Assembly (NCBI GenBank): GCA_041576815.1
Contig: JBFGKE010000001.1
Coordinates: forward strand, 147,708 to 211,707
From: Polyangiales bacterium
GTDB lineage: Bacteria > Myxococcota_A > Polyangia > Polyangiales > Houyiibacteriaceae
Length of the DNA stretch: 64,000 nucleotides
Direction: 5' to 3'
Part shown: positions 37,035-47,074 of the stretch, one piece after another
Layout of the letters: the number at the start of each line of letters is the position of its first letter
How positions within the stretch are numbered: position 1 is the first letter of the stretch
Program-made: the position numbers and the translations under genes
Notes under the pieces: generated by a model
Told to the model about the DNA's origin: nothing
Database searches by the model: none
The model's input: the letters and a program-made list of their open reading frames with translations, nothing else

Positions 37035-37922
37035 TCAGGCTGCGGACACCGCTTCTTGAGGCGGCGTCAAGATCTTCCCGAGAAAGTCGAGCACCGCGCG
37101 GATTCGCGCGCTGTCACGAAGGTCCTTGTGCACGGCCTGCCAGATCTGCCGCGGCTCCGGCGCACCCTCGAGCGGTATCCGCACCAAGTGCCGGTCGTGG
37201 TCGGCAACCAGGCAGGGAAGGAGCCCGATGCCGGTCCCCGCCACCGTCGCAGAGTAGATAGCAGACACACTGTCGGACCGAAGCGCGACCCGCGCGCCGT
37301 CCGCTCGCGCGTCGATCCAATCGTTCTCCCGCCGGAAGGGACGAAGCTTGGCAAACAGGATCAGCTGATGCCCGGCCAGTGAGTCCTTGGGAAGCCCGAA
37401 CCGATCGACGTAATCGACGGATGCGTATAGACCGAGGTGAATGAACGACAGCCGCTTGATGATCAGGTCTTCCTGGGTCGGTCGGGCGAGCCGAAGCGCG
37501 ATGTCGGCTTCGCGCCGTGCGAGATTCACATCCAGATTGGTGCAGTGAAGCTCCAGCTGGATCTCCGGATAGCGTTCCCGAAACCGACGCAGGTGGGGCG
37601 CGATGAAGCGCGTCGTCAGCATCTCGGTCGCCGTGAGCCGTACGACGCCCTCGAGCTTCTGGTCTTCCCCAGCGACGTCTCGCTCGACCCCGAGCGTTTC
37701 CCGTTCGATGCGCTCCGCACGCGGCAGCAGCCGGTGGCCCGCCTCGGTCAGCACGTAGCCGCTGGGCGTTCGATCGAACAGGCGTGCGCCCAGCTCCTCC
37801 TCGAGCTTGACGAGTCGGCGTCCGACGGTCGTCGGGTCCAGCGATAACGCAGCGCCGGCTGCAGCAAGCGTCCCGTGCCGCTGAAGGGTCAGGAAGTACC
37901 GCACATCGTCCCAGTTAAACAT
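37035..37922 (-). CDS. LysR family transcriptional regulator
   Basis: NWDDVRYFL...GTLAAAGAAL...TVGRRLVKLEEELGARLFDR, LARREADIALR. Confidence 0.93.
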   Translation of the reverse strand: MFNWDDVRYFLTLQRHGTLAAAGAALSLDPTTVGRRLVKLEEELGARLFDRTPSGYVLTEAGHRLLPRAERIERETLGVERDVAGEDQKLEGVVRLTATEMLTTRFIAPHLRRFRERYPEIQLELHCTNLDVNLARREADIALRLARPTQEDLIIKRLSFIHLGLYASVDYVDRFGLPKDSLAGHQLILFAKLRPFRRENDWIDARADGARVALRSDSVSAIYSATVAGTGIGLLPCLVADHDRHLVRIPLEGAPEPRQIWQAVHKDLRDSARIRAVLDFLGKILTPPQEAVSAA

Positions 37923-38017
37923 GCCTGCAGCTTCGCAGCACTTGCGCGGCCATGCAACTGCAGAAATGCCCTTGGGAGCTGCGGTGGAAAGGGCTCATGA
38001 GGCCCTAAGTCTTCCAT

Positions 38018-38230
38018 ATGACGGCTGAAAGGAGTTCGATCATGCACATGCTCAGACAAATCGATCCGGAGCTCCATCGAGAGGTCCTCCGAAACCGAGA
38101 GCGCGTTTGGATCGACCTCGCGCACTGGCTGGGAAACGCTTGGACGCAGGTCCGCGGCCGATCCTGGCGGGTGGAGGTTCCCATCCTCATCGACGAGATC
38201 CTCACGGATCTCGCCTACGGCAGGGAGTGA
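38018..38230 (+). CDS. Small hypothetical protein divergent from the LysR gene
   Basis: 70-aa ORF filling the gap between lysR and the large lipoprotein; plausible codon usage; no known motif. Confidence 0.45.
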   Translation: MTAERSSIMHMLRQIDPELHREVLRNRERVWIDLAHWLGNAWTQVRGRSWRVEVPILIDEILTDLAYGRE

Positions 38231-38276
38231 TAACGTAAAAATATGTTAGCATAGTAATTCGGGCAAAGACCGAATC

Positions 38277-41200
38277 ATGGGAACTATGCGTTGTTGGCTT
38301 GCGGCGTGCGCCGTGCTCTCGGTGTTCGCCGCGAGCTGTGGGGGTGGGACCACACCGAACGGTCGAGTGGCGCCGTCGATCGACTCGACGCCTCCGATGA
38401 CCGCGACCGAAGGCGTTCCCTACAACTACACGGTGACGGCGACGGGCATGACGCCGATCACGTTCGCGATGGTGTCGGGGCCACCGGGCTTCAGCGTGCA
38501 TCCCGCAACAGGCGTCGTGACCTGGACGCCTGCGGCCGGAGGCACGACGTCGGTCGAGGTCAGCGCGAGCAATCTCGCCGGGACCGATACGCAAGCGTTC
38601 GTCGTCGAGGTCGAGGCTCTGACCGGACCGGTCTTCACGACGGAGCCGCCGACCGAAGCCACCGTTGCGGCCGAGTACGCGTACGACGCCGCGGTCGTTG
38701 CAAACGGCACCGTGACGTGGAGCGCGCCCGTGGCACCGATCGGGCTCACCATCGATCCCGAAAGCGGCTCGGTCCGGTGGACGCCGACCACCGAACAGGC
38801 GGGCACGCAGGACATCACGATTCGTGCAACCGAAGATGGCAGCGGTCTGTTCGCCGATCAGTCGTTTGCGGTCGAGGTAGAAGATACCGGCGGGCCGGCC
38901 GTGATCACATCGACGGCGCCGGACCGCGTCTTTGCGGGAGAGACTTTCCAATACGATGCGACGGCTGCGGGCGCGCCGACGATTCGGTGGACGCTTCAGA
39001 CGCCGTCGAGCGGCGTTCCGGCGGATGGCGTCGTGATCGCAACCGATCCTCCCGAAGGCGCGGCGGTGACGGTCGAATGGGACACCGCGGATGTCGCTCC
39101 GGGCGACTATACGATCGCTCTACAGGCGCAAAACGACCTCGGCGGCCCGAGCGTGCAGGAGATGACCGTGACGGTCGACCCCCGACCGCCCGTGCCGGTG
39201 ATCGATCTCGTGACCAACCCGCCGCCCGACACGATGTTTGTCGGGACGGAGTACGCTTACGACGCTGCGCTGACGCCTGAAAGCGAGAGCCCAGGGGTGA
39301 CATGGAGCCTGATCGGCGAAACCGTCCCGGCGGATCTCGCGGTCACCATCGACGCCGACACGGGGTTGGTGCGTTTCACCGCGTCGGATTCCAACGGTGA
39401 GATCGCGTACAGCTATACTGCGCGCGCCGAAAACGTCCTCGGGGAGGGGGACGAAGCAACGATTACGGTCGACGCGGTGTTCCCGCCAGCAAGCCCGATT
39501 CTCACGGTGACGCCCGACACCGCCTTCGCGCTCGAGGTGGGACAAGCCTTCCCTGGCGCTTCGGCGACGGCGACCGGGAACCCGCCGCCGGTCCTCACGA
39601 TCGACGGCACCCTCCCGGACTTCTTGGAGTTCGACCCGCTGACGGGCTTTCTGTCCGCGTCGTCGACCAAGCCCGCTCCCGAGGTGTCGGATCTCGGCGC
39701 ATACTCCTTCGACATCGTGGCGTCCAACAGCGAGGGCGTCGATCGGGCGTCGATCGACATCACCGTCGTCGCACCACCGCCTTCCGTCGATTCGATCACG
39801 CCCGCAGCTGGCCGCCGGCAGTCGGACGTGCCAATCGTCGTCCGCGGCGGCGGCTTCGTCACCGAGGCGACGCCGTCGATTCGCCTCTCGTTGGGAAACT
39901 ATCAGGAGACCCTGGCGACCACCTTCGTCGATGACGGCACGCTCGTCGCCACCGTCCCCATCGACCTCGCACGGCCGTCCGGTGTCTACGACGTCGTCGT
40001 CGATCAGGGCTCGACGAGCACCTTGGCCAAGCGGTTCACCGTGACCGAGGGAGCAGGGACCACGCTCGGCGGCAGCGTCGGCGTCGATATCACCCTGACC
40101 GCGGTCGACAGCCCCCACGTGATCACCAGCGATCTTCGTATCGAGAACGGGGCGACGCTGACCGTGCAGCCGGGCGCGGTCGTGATGCTCGCCGGCAACA
40201 CCAATTTGAGAATCGACGTCGGCACGGGGACCGCCGGTGCCCTCGTCGCGGACGGAGGGGCGCCGGGCGTGAACGACCAAATCGTGTTTACGCGCTTTCA
40301 AGACGTCGGCGGCCCGCCTCCGAGCGGCCATTACAGAGGCGTTCGGTTCGGGGCCAACATCATCTCGGCGACGACGATCCTGCAAAACGTCGTGCTGGAG
40401 TTCGGCGGTCGCAGGGACACGGACATCGACGTAGGCGCCATCGAGGTGCTGAGCGGGTCCGCGCCCACCGTTCGAGGCTCGCTCGTTCGGGAGAGCTTCA
40501 ACTACGGCCTCTATGCGCAGAGCGGCGCCGGATCGGAAACCGTCGACTGGTTCGCCCAGAACGAGGTCACTGCCAACGCACGCTCTCCGATCAGCATCGG
40601 CGCAGACGACGTCTCCACGCTCGGCGCAGAGCTCGATCTGTCCGGCAACGGCGAGGATCGGGTCTTCGTTCGTGGGTCGATGGTCACCCGGCTCGACGCG
40701 TCTTGGGAGAACTACGGCGTTCCGTACTTCCTCGACAGTGGGCTCACGGTCGTCGGCGGCAGCACGATGACGCTTGCCGCCGGGACTGAAATGCGATTCG
40801 ACACGGGGACCCGCCTCGAGGTCGGGAATGATACCGAAGACGGAAGGCTGGTCGCCGCCGGAACGGCGTCGTCGCCGATCCGGTTCGTCCCGAACGACAC
40901 CGTGTGGGACGGCGTGCAGCTTGGCCGCCGGGTCCAGCCCGGTACGGTAGTCCGGCACGCGCGAATCGAGGGATTCAGCGGCACGGTCGACGGCGGCATC
41001 CGCGTCGATGACCCGGTCACGCCGGGTGACCGGCTCGCGATCGTCGAAAGCTGTCTCGTGCAGAGCATGGAGAGCGGTGCCGTCGGGGTCTACCTTTCCG
41101 GCAACGCCCGGGTCGCCTCGTTTGAAAACAATGCGCTCGACGTCGGGGGCGTGTCGATCAGCGCCGAGCTCGCCGGGTTCGACGACCTCCTCCAGCGCTC

Positions 41201-42413
41201 CAATACATACGAGGCGCCGCTTCGAGTCCGGGCCGGCTCGGTAGCGAACGCCGACATGGTTTGGAGCAAGCCGGTGGCTGGCGACGGCTCGCCGCAGCCC
41301 ATTCGGCCGACGGGCGATCTGGCCCTCACCGACGGATCGTTGACGATCTTGGCAGGCACTCAGCTAGAGATGCCGCTGAACGGGGAGATCGCGATGAGCC
41401 AAAGCCGGCTCGTCGTGAGCGGAACCGCCGGCCAGCCGGTGGTGTTCCGACCGGTCGCGGGGGCGGCGTATTGGAATCGGATTCGACTTCGGGGGACCGG
41501 CGGGCCCGTCTCGCGCATCGTTCACGCAGTGCTCAACGCGGCGGGGTCTGACCCTGCGCTCGGCGCGGGGGACGAGCGGGCTGCGATCGTCGTGGAGGAC
41601 CAGTCGGGGACCCCTGCCACGCCGGTGGTGCGCGACACGAGGATCGTCGGCAGCAACGGGTATGGGATGACCTTTGCCGAAGGGACTCACTGCCGCGGCG
41701 ACTGCGACGACAACACGATCGTGGGGTCGCGCTTTTCGGCGGTACGCATCTACGCCAACTTCATCGGGCGCTTCGGCACCGGGAACACGCTAGCGGGCAA
41801 CAACACCTCGGTAACACCCGGGCACGAGGGCGTTCGGACGATTGGAGGCACGGTTCACACGACCGCGTTCTGGCCCGCCAACGACGTCCCGTACGTCGTG
41901 CTGGGAGACATCGAGCTTCGTCAGCTGATTCCGGTCGACCCGATCCCGGTGGTGACGCTCGAGCCCGGCACGGAGATTCGCTTTGAAACCGACGGGCGAC
42001 TGCGGGTCGGCGAGGGCAATGACGGCGTCTTGGATGCGCAGGGCACGGTCGCTGCGCCGATTACGTTCACGACGGCGGATGTTGCGGCGCCGGCGTTCTG
42101 GCGTGGAATCGACTTCAACCAGGGATCGGATGGCTCGGTCCTGGATCACGTGACCGTCTCCTACGGGGGGCGAAGCGAAGACACGGGGAACGTGAACTTC
42201 CGGTCGGGCGCCGAGGTGACCGTGGGCGCCGTGACCTTCACACATGCCGAAGACTACGCCGCCGTGATCTACACCGGCTCTGGACCGATGTTCACCGGTC
42301 CATCGACCGAACGCGTCTACACGCGCAACGGACAGGAGTCGAATCCGGGTCCTGGAGACCCCGCGTTCGACTGCGTGCGCGACGTCTCCGCAGGCACCTG
42401 CTTGCCACTCTGA
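38277..42413 (+). CDS. Large surface lipoprotein: five Ig/cadherin-like repeats, IPT/TIG domain, repeated beta-helix modules
   Basis: Lipobox FAASC; repeats such as P..T.Y.Y...A...P.GLTIDP.SG.V.WTP; PSVDSITPAAG (IPT); four recurrences of an L.I..G.TLT(V/L).PG..(M/I)RF-type motif. Confidence 0.8.
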   Translation: MGTMRCWLAACAVLSVFAASCGGGTTPNGRVAPSIDSTPPMTATEGVPYNYTVTATGMTPITFAMVSGPPGFSVHPATGVVTWTPAAGGTTSVEVSASNLAGTDTQAFVVEVEALTGPVFTTEPPTEATVAAEYAYDAAVVANGTVTWSAPVAPIGLTIDPESGSVRWTPTTEQAGTQDITIRATEDGSGLFADQSFAVEVEDTGGPAVITSTAPDRVFAGETFQYDATAAGAPTIRWTLQTPSSGVPADGVVIATDPPEGAAVTVEWDTADVAPGDYTIALQAQNDLGGPSVQEMTVTVDPRPPVPVIDLVTNPPPDTMFVGTEYAYDAALTPESESPGVTWSLIGETVPADLAVTIDADTGLVRFTASDSNGEIAYSYTARAENVLGEGDEATITVDAVFPPASPILTVTPDTAFALEVGQAFPGASATATGNPPPVLTIDGTLPDFLEFDPLTGFLSASSTKPAPEVSDLGAYSFDIVASNSEGVDRASIDITVVAPPPSVDSITPAAGRRQSDVPIVVRGGGFVTEATPSIRLSLGNYQETLATTFVDDGTLVATVPIDLARPSGVYDVVVDQGSTSTLAKRFTVTEGAGTTLGGSVGVDITLTAVDSPHVITSDLRIENGATLTVQPGAVVMLAGNTNLRIDVGTGTAGALVADGGAPGVNDQIVFTRFQDVGGPPPSGHYRGVRFGANIISATTILQNVVLEFGGRRDTDIDVGAIEVLSGSAPTVRGSLVRESFNYGLYAQSGAGSETVDWFAQNEVTANARSPISIGADDVSTLGAELDLSGNGEDRVFVRGSMVTRLDASWENYGVPYFLDSGLTVVGGSTMTLAAGTEMRFDTGTRLEVGNDTEDGRLVAAGTASSPIRFVPNDTVWDGVQLGRRVQPGTVVRHARIEGFSGTVDGGIRVDDPVTPGDRLAIVESCLVQSMESGAVGVYLSGNARVASFENNALDVGGVSISAELAGFDDLLQRSNTYEAPLRVRAGSVANADMVWSKPVAGDGSPQPIRPTGDLALTDGSLTILAGTQLEMPLNGEIAMSQSRLVVSGTAGQPVVFRPVAGAAYWNRIRLRGTGGPVSRIVHAVLNAAGSDPALGAGDERAAIVVEDQSGTPATPVVRDTRIVGSNGYGMTFAEGTHCRGDCDDNTIVGSRFSAVRIYANFIGRFGTGNTLAGNNTSVTPGHEGVRTIGGTVHTTAFWPANDVPYVVLGDIELRQLIPVDPIPVVTLEPGTEIRFETDGRLRVGEGNDGVLDAQGTVAAPITFTTADVAAPAFWRGIDFNQGSDGSVLDHVTVSYGGRSEDTGNVNFRSGAEVTVGAVTFTHAEDYAAVIYTGSGPMFTGPSTERVYTRNGQESNPGPGDPAFDCVRDVSAGTCLPL

Positions 42414-42473
42414 ACGGACGACGGGCTCTAGGCGGAGGTTGCGCCGTCAAATCGGCTCTCCTACGCTCACCCC

Positions 42474-43664
42474 TTGGTGTCAGACGAAGACAAGATCTCG
42501 CAGAAGACGTTGGCGGTTCACGGGGGTGAGCCACGCACGTACCCGTACGACGCGCTGGTTGCGCCGATCACCCAGACCGCGACGTACTCGTTTGCCGACA
42601 CCGCCGAGCTGATCGCCTATTTCGAGGGGCGGAAGGAGCGGGAGGAATACGGCCGCTATGGAAACCCATCGGTCCGGCTGGTCGAGGAAAAGGTCGCGGC
42701 ACTCGAGCGCACCCAGGATGCCGTCGCGTTCGCAAGCGGGATGGCTGCGGTCACGTCGACGATCCTAGCGCTCGTCAAATCGGGCTCACACGTGATTCTC
42801 TTCGCCGATTGTTACCGGCGGACACGGCAGTTCGTGACCACGTTTCTCGACCGCTTCGGAGTGTCGAGCACCCTGATCCCACCTGCGGACGTCGACGCGC
42901 TGCGGGACGCGATTCGTCCAGAGACCCGTCTCGTGATTGCCGAGGCGCCGACGAACCCGTATCAGACGATCCCGGATCTCGACGAGGTGGCCGAGGTCTG
43001 CCGCGCCGCCAAGGTCAAGACCCTGATCGACAGCACCTTCGCGACGCCGGTCAACTTCAAGCCGGCGGGCCACGGCATCGATATCGTCGTTCACAGCGCA
43101 ACCAAGTACTTGGCGGGCCACAACGACGTTCTCGGCGGCGTGGTCGCGGGCAAATCCGGTCTGGTGTCGCTCGTGCGCGACCTTCGGAGCGTGTTAGGCG
43201 CCTGCCTCGATCCGCACGCGGCCTATCTGATTCACCGCGGCATCAAGACGCTCGCGATCCGGCTCGAGCAGCAAAACGCGTCTGCCCAAGCGCTTGCGGC
43301 GCGGCTCGAGAAGCACCCGCGCGTGCGGCAGGTTTGGTATCCGGGGTTGCCCTCCCACCCCAACCACGAAACCGCGAAACGACTCATGTCGGGGTTCGGT
43401 GGCGTCGTGACGTTCGAGGTCGACGCCGACCTGCACGGGACGAGCCGCTTCGTCGACGCCTGTCGGATCCCCCGCATCGCGCCGAGCCTCGGAGGCGTCG
43501 AGTCGCTGATCGAGCAGCCCGCGCTGATGAGCTATTTCGAGCTCAGCACCGAGGAGCGCGAAGCGATCGGCATCAAGAACAACCTCGTGCGCTACGCGGT
43601 CGGCATCGAGGACACCGATGAGCTCATCGCCGACGCGGTGGCCGCGCTCGACAGCACGGCTTGA
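42474..43664 (+). CDS. metB: Cystathionine gamma-synthase / Cys-Met PLP-dependent enzyme
   Basis: YGRYGNP, FASGMAAV, DSTFATP, HSATKYLAGHND (PLP lysine), PSLGGVESL. Confidence 0.85.
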   Translation: MVSDEDKISQKTLAVHGGEPRTYPYDALVAPITQTATYSFADTAELIAYFEGRKEREEYGRYGNPSVRLVEEKVAALERTQDAVAFASGMAAVTSTILALVKSGSHVILFADCYRRTRQFVTTFLDRFGVSSTLIPPADVDALRDAIRPETRLVIAEAPTNPYQTIPDLDEVAEVCRAAKVKTLIDSTFATPVNFKPAGHGIDIVVHSATKYLAGHNDVLGGVVAGKSGLVSLVRDLRSVLGACLDPHAAYLIHRGIKTLAIRLEQQNASAQALAARLEKHPRVRQVWYPGLPSHPNHETAKRLMSGFGGVVTFEVDADLHGTSRFVDACRIPRIAPSLGGVESLIEQPALMSYFELSTEEREAIGIKNNLVRYAVGIEDTDELIADAVAALDSTA

Positions 43665-43781
43665 AGTATCGCCTCCGACACTGCGATTCGCCTCACAAAA
43701 CGGCGCTGCAACTCTTCTCTCGTACTGGCGAAGGCGCCGTCACCGCCTGTTGACAAAGGGTGCAAGTGCGCGAAATCGCTA

Positions 43782-43809
43782 TTGACGCGCCTAGGCCCCT
43801 CGTTATACT
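43782..43809 (+). promoter_or_regulatory. Sigma70-type promoter of the ihfB-tyrS operon
   Basis: TTGACG (43782-43787), 16 nt, TATACT (43804-43809), followed by a GGGGAGAG SD. Confidence 0.65.
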
Positions 43810-43833
43810 CAGCCCGCAATGGGGAGAGAATCG

Positions 43834-44130
43834 ATGACGAAATCGGAGCTCATCGACGCTGTGGCCCAGCGGACGAAGATCACGAAGAGCCGAGCTGAAC
43901 AGGTTGTCAACTGCGTCTTCAACGCGATGACCTCGGCGCTCGAGCAGGGGGAGGGGATCGAGATCCGCGGCTTCGGGAGCTTCACGGTGCGCGAATACAA
44001 GTCCTACAGCGGACGGAATCCGCGGACCGGCAAACCGGTGCCCGTGCCGGAAAAACGTCTCCCTTTTTTCAAGGTGGGCAAAGAGCTCAAAGAGCTCGTC
44101 AACGGCGGCAGCGCCGGGCCCGGCGAATAG
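43834..44130 (+). CDS. ihfB: Integration host factor beta / HU family DNA-binding protein
   Basis: MTKSELI, IEIRGFGSF, GRNPRTG, PFFKVGKELK. Confidence 0.88.
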   Translation: MTKSELIDAVAQRTKITKSRAEQVVNCVFNAMTSALEQGEGIEIRGFGSFTVREYKSYSGRNPRTGKPVPVPEKRLPFFKVGKELKELVNGGSAGPGE

Positions 44131-44139
44131 GGGCCCCGG

Positions 44140-45363
44140 ATGGAGCCGGAAGCGCAGCTCGCCGAGCTCAAGCGCGGGGTCGTCGACCTGCACGTCGAAT
44201 CGGAGCTGTTGGAGCGGTTGAGCACCGGCCGGCCGCTCAAGATCAAGGCTGGGTTCGACCCGACGCGGCCGGACCTGCACCTCGGGCACACCGTGCTGCT
44301 CAACAAGATGCGGCAGTTTCAGGAGCTCGGCCACGACATCGTCTTCATCGTGGGGGATTTCACCGCGCAGATCGGCGACCCGTCTGGACGAAGCAGCACG
44401 CGACCCGTGCCGACGCGGGAAGAAATCCTCGAAGGCGCCCGCACGTACGCCGAGCAGGCCTTCAAGATCCTCGATCGGGGGCGCACGCAGATCGTTTACA
44501 ACGGCGAGTGGCTCGGGAAGATGGCGTTCGACGACGTGATCCGGCTGGCGGGCAAGTACACGCTGGCGCGGATGATGGAACGAGACGATTTCAAGCGGCG
44601 CTGGGCGGAGCATCAAAGCATCTCGATTCACGAGCTCCTCTACCCGCTGGCGCAGGCCTATGATTCGGTCGTGCTCGAGTGCGACGTAGAGCTCGGCGGC
44701 ACCGACCAGCTCTTCAACCTGTTGGTCGGCCGGGAGATCATGCGGGAGATGGGGCAGCGCCCGCAGATCGTGATGACGACGCCGATTCTCGAGGGGATCA
44801 ACGCGCGCACGGAAAACGGAAAGATCGTCGGCGCCAAGATGAGCAAGTCGCTCGACAACTACGTCGGCGTCGCCGAGCCTCCGATCGAGCAGCTCGGCAA
44901 GCTGATGAGCATTTCGGATGACCTGATGTGGCGGTACTACGCCCTATTGTCGGCCGCGCCGGAGTCCGAGATCGAGCGAAAGAAGAACGCCTGCGCGTCC
45001 GGCGAGATGAACCCGCGTGATGCGAAGCTCCAGCTCGGCAAGGAGATCGTGACTCGCTATCACGATCGCGCGGCTGCCGACGCGGCAGAAGGGGCGTGGC
45101 TCGCCCAGTTCTCGAAGCGCCAGGTTCCCGACGAGATGCCCGAGCACGAGGTGGTCCTCGACGAGGACGAGGTCTGGGTACCGAAGCTCCTGTGCGACAT
45201 CGGCCTCGTGAAAAGCTCGAGCGACGGCCGCCGGCGCATCGAGCAGGGCGGCGTCGAGGTCGACGGCGAGCGAGTCACGGACCCCCAAGCCAAGCTCGAA
45301 AAAGGCCACCGATACGTCATCAAGGCCGGAAAACGCGCCTGGGCCACCGTCACCCTGAAGTAG
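44140..45363 (+). CDS. tyrS: Tyrosine--tRNA ligase
   Basis: GFDPTRPDLHLGH, ELGGTDQLFN, KMSKS, C-terminal S4 domain. Confidence 0.96.
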   Translation: MEPEAQLAELKRGVVDLHVESELLERLSTGRPLKIKAGFDPTRPDLHLGHTVLLNKMRQFQELGHDIVFIVGDFTAQIGDPSGRSSTRPVPTREEILEGARTYAEQAFKILDRGRTQIVYNGEWLGKMAFDDVIRLAGKYTLARMMERDDFKRRWAEHQSISIHELLYPLAQAYDSVVLECDVELGGTDQLFNLLVGREIMREMGQRPQIVMTTPILEGINARTENGKIVGAKMSKSLDNYVGVAEPPIEQLGKLMSISDDLMWRYYALLSAAPESEIERKKNACASGEMNPRDAKLQLGKEIVTRYHDRAAADAAEGAWLAQFSKRQVPDEMPEHEVVLDEDEVWVPKLLCDIGLVKSSSDGRRRIEQGGVEVDGERVTDPQAKLEKGHRYVIKAGKRAWATVTLK

Positions 45364-45376
45364 GCTAAGGTCCGGC

Positions 45377-47026
45377 ATGCGCATTGGGACGTCCTACAAG
45401 CAGCATCCTGGGCTCGCGGAGACGTGGGATGCGATCGTCATCGGATCGGGGATCGGCGGGCTCTCGGTGGCGGCCACGCTATCGAAGCTTGCGGGTCAGC
45501 GCGTGCTCGTTCTCGAGCGGCACTACACCGCCGGCGGGTTCACGCACACGTTCCGGCGACCGGGGTACGAGTGGGATGTCGGGATTCACTACATTGGAGA
45601 CGTGTCGCACCCGAAAGCCGTGGGGCGGCGGCTGTTCGATTTCCTCACCGACGGAGAGCTCGAGTGGGCTGACATGGGCGAGGTCTACGATCGCATCATC
45701 CTCGGCGACAACGCATACGACTTCGTGAAGGGTCGCGAGAATTTCCGCGCGAAGATGCACGAGTACTTTCCAGACGACAAAGCCGCAATCGACGAATACC
45801 TCGACAAGGTCCTGGCGACGGCCAAGAAGGCGAGCCTGTTCTTTGCCGAAAAGGCCGTCCCACCGATCGTGTCCACGCTCTTCGGCGGTGCGATGCGTAG
45901 GCCCGGACTGAGGGAGGCCAACCGAACGACCCGCGAGGTCCTCGAAGAGATCACGCAGAACCAGGAGCTCATCGGCGTCCTCACCGGTCAGTTCGGCGAC
46001 TACGGCTTGGTGCCCGCGGAAAGCAGCTTTTTCATGCATGCGATGCTCGTCTCGCACTATTTGCGGGGCGCGGGCTATCCGGTAGGCGGGGCCTCGCGCA
46101 TCGCCGCCACGATCCTTCCCGTGATCGAGCGAGCGGGGGGCGAGGTCGTCACGAACGCCGAAGTCCGCGAGATCGTGATCGAAAAGGGCAAGGCCGTTGG
46201 CGTCCGGCTCGAAGACGGCCGCGAGCTGAGGGCGCCGACGGTGATCAGCAACGCAGGCGTCCTCAACACGTTCGAGCACCTCCTGCCCTCCGACGTCGCG
46301 TCCGAGGCGGGTTTTTCGAGCAGGGCGCGCGAGGTAGGCAACTCGATCGCGCACCTCTCGCTCTACATTGGACTGAAGGGCACCACCGAGGAGCTTCAGC
46401 TCGAGAAGACCAACCTGTGGATCTACCGGGACCACGACCACGAGAAGAACTTCGCGGAGTTCCGGCGCGACATCAACGCGCCGCTCCCAGTCGTCTACCT
46501 CTCGTTCCCTTCCGCCAAAGACCCGGACTTCCAACGTCGCTTTCCGGGCCGCTCGACGATCGAAGCGATCACGCTCGGCCCCTACGAGCCGTTTCGACGC
46601 TGGGCCGACACGAGCTGGAAAAAGCGAGGCAGCGAGTACGAGGAGCTCAAGCAGAGCCTTTCGGACCGCCTGCTCGAAACGCTCTACGCGCACGTGCCGA
46701 CGGCGCGCGGAAGGATCGAAATCGCCGAGCTCTCGACGCCCTTGACGACAAGCAACTTCGCCGCGCATCCGGACGGCGCGATCTACGGTCTTGCGCACTC
46801 GCCGACGCGCTTTCAGGCCCGCTGGCTGCGTCCGCGTACGCCGATCAAGGGCCTGTATCTGACAGGCGCAGACGTCGTGAGCGCGGGCCTCATGGGGGCG
46901 TTGATGGGAGGCATGAGCTGCAGCTCCGCCGTGCTCAAAGGCAACGTGCTCGGCCAGGTGCTCAAGCACCAGGCGCAAAGCTTGCGCGCCAAAGCGCCCA
47001 TACCGCCTTCGACTGCCGAAGCCTGA
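45377..47026 (+). CDS. Phytoene dehydrogenase-like / all-trans-retinol 13,14-reductase-like FAD oxidoreductase
   Basis: IVIGSGIGGL, LERHYTAGGFTHTF, YEWDVGIHY, YPVGGASRIA, STPLT, GLYLTGAD. Confidence 0.85.
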   Translation: MRIGTSYKQHPGLAETWDAIVIGSGIGGLSVAATLSKLAGQRVLVLERHYTAGGFTHTFRRPGYEWDVGIHYIGDVSHPKAVGRRLFDFLTDGELEWADMGEVYDRIILGDNAYDFVKGRENFRAKMHEYFPDDKAAIDEYLDKVLATAKKASLFFAEKAVPPIVSTLFGGAMRRPGLREANRTTREVLEEITQNQELIGVLTGQFGDYGLVPAESSFFMHAMLVSHYLRGAGYPVGGASRIAATILPVIERAGGEVVTNAEVREIVIEKGKAVGVRLEDGRELRAPTVISNAGVLNTFEHLLPSDVASEAGFSSRAREVGNSIAHLSLYIGLKGTTEELQLEKTNLWIYRDHDHEKNFAEFRRDINAPLPVVYLSFPSAKDPDFQRRFPGRSTIEAITLGPYEPFRRWADTSWKKRGSEYEELKQSLSDRLLETLYAHVPTARGRIEIAELSTPLTTSNFAAHPDGAIYGLAHSPTRFQARWLRPRTPIKGLYLTGADVVSAGLMGALMGGMSCSSAVLKGNVLGQVLKHQAQSLRAKAPIPPSTAEA

Positions 47027-47074
47027 CCGCATTCGCCTCGCCGGCCGGTCGTGATTCGGTATTCTAGATGAATC

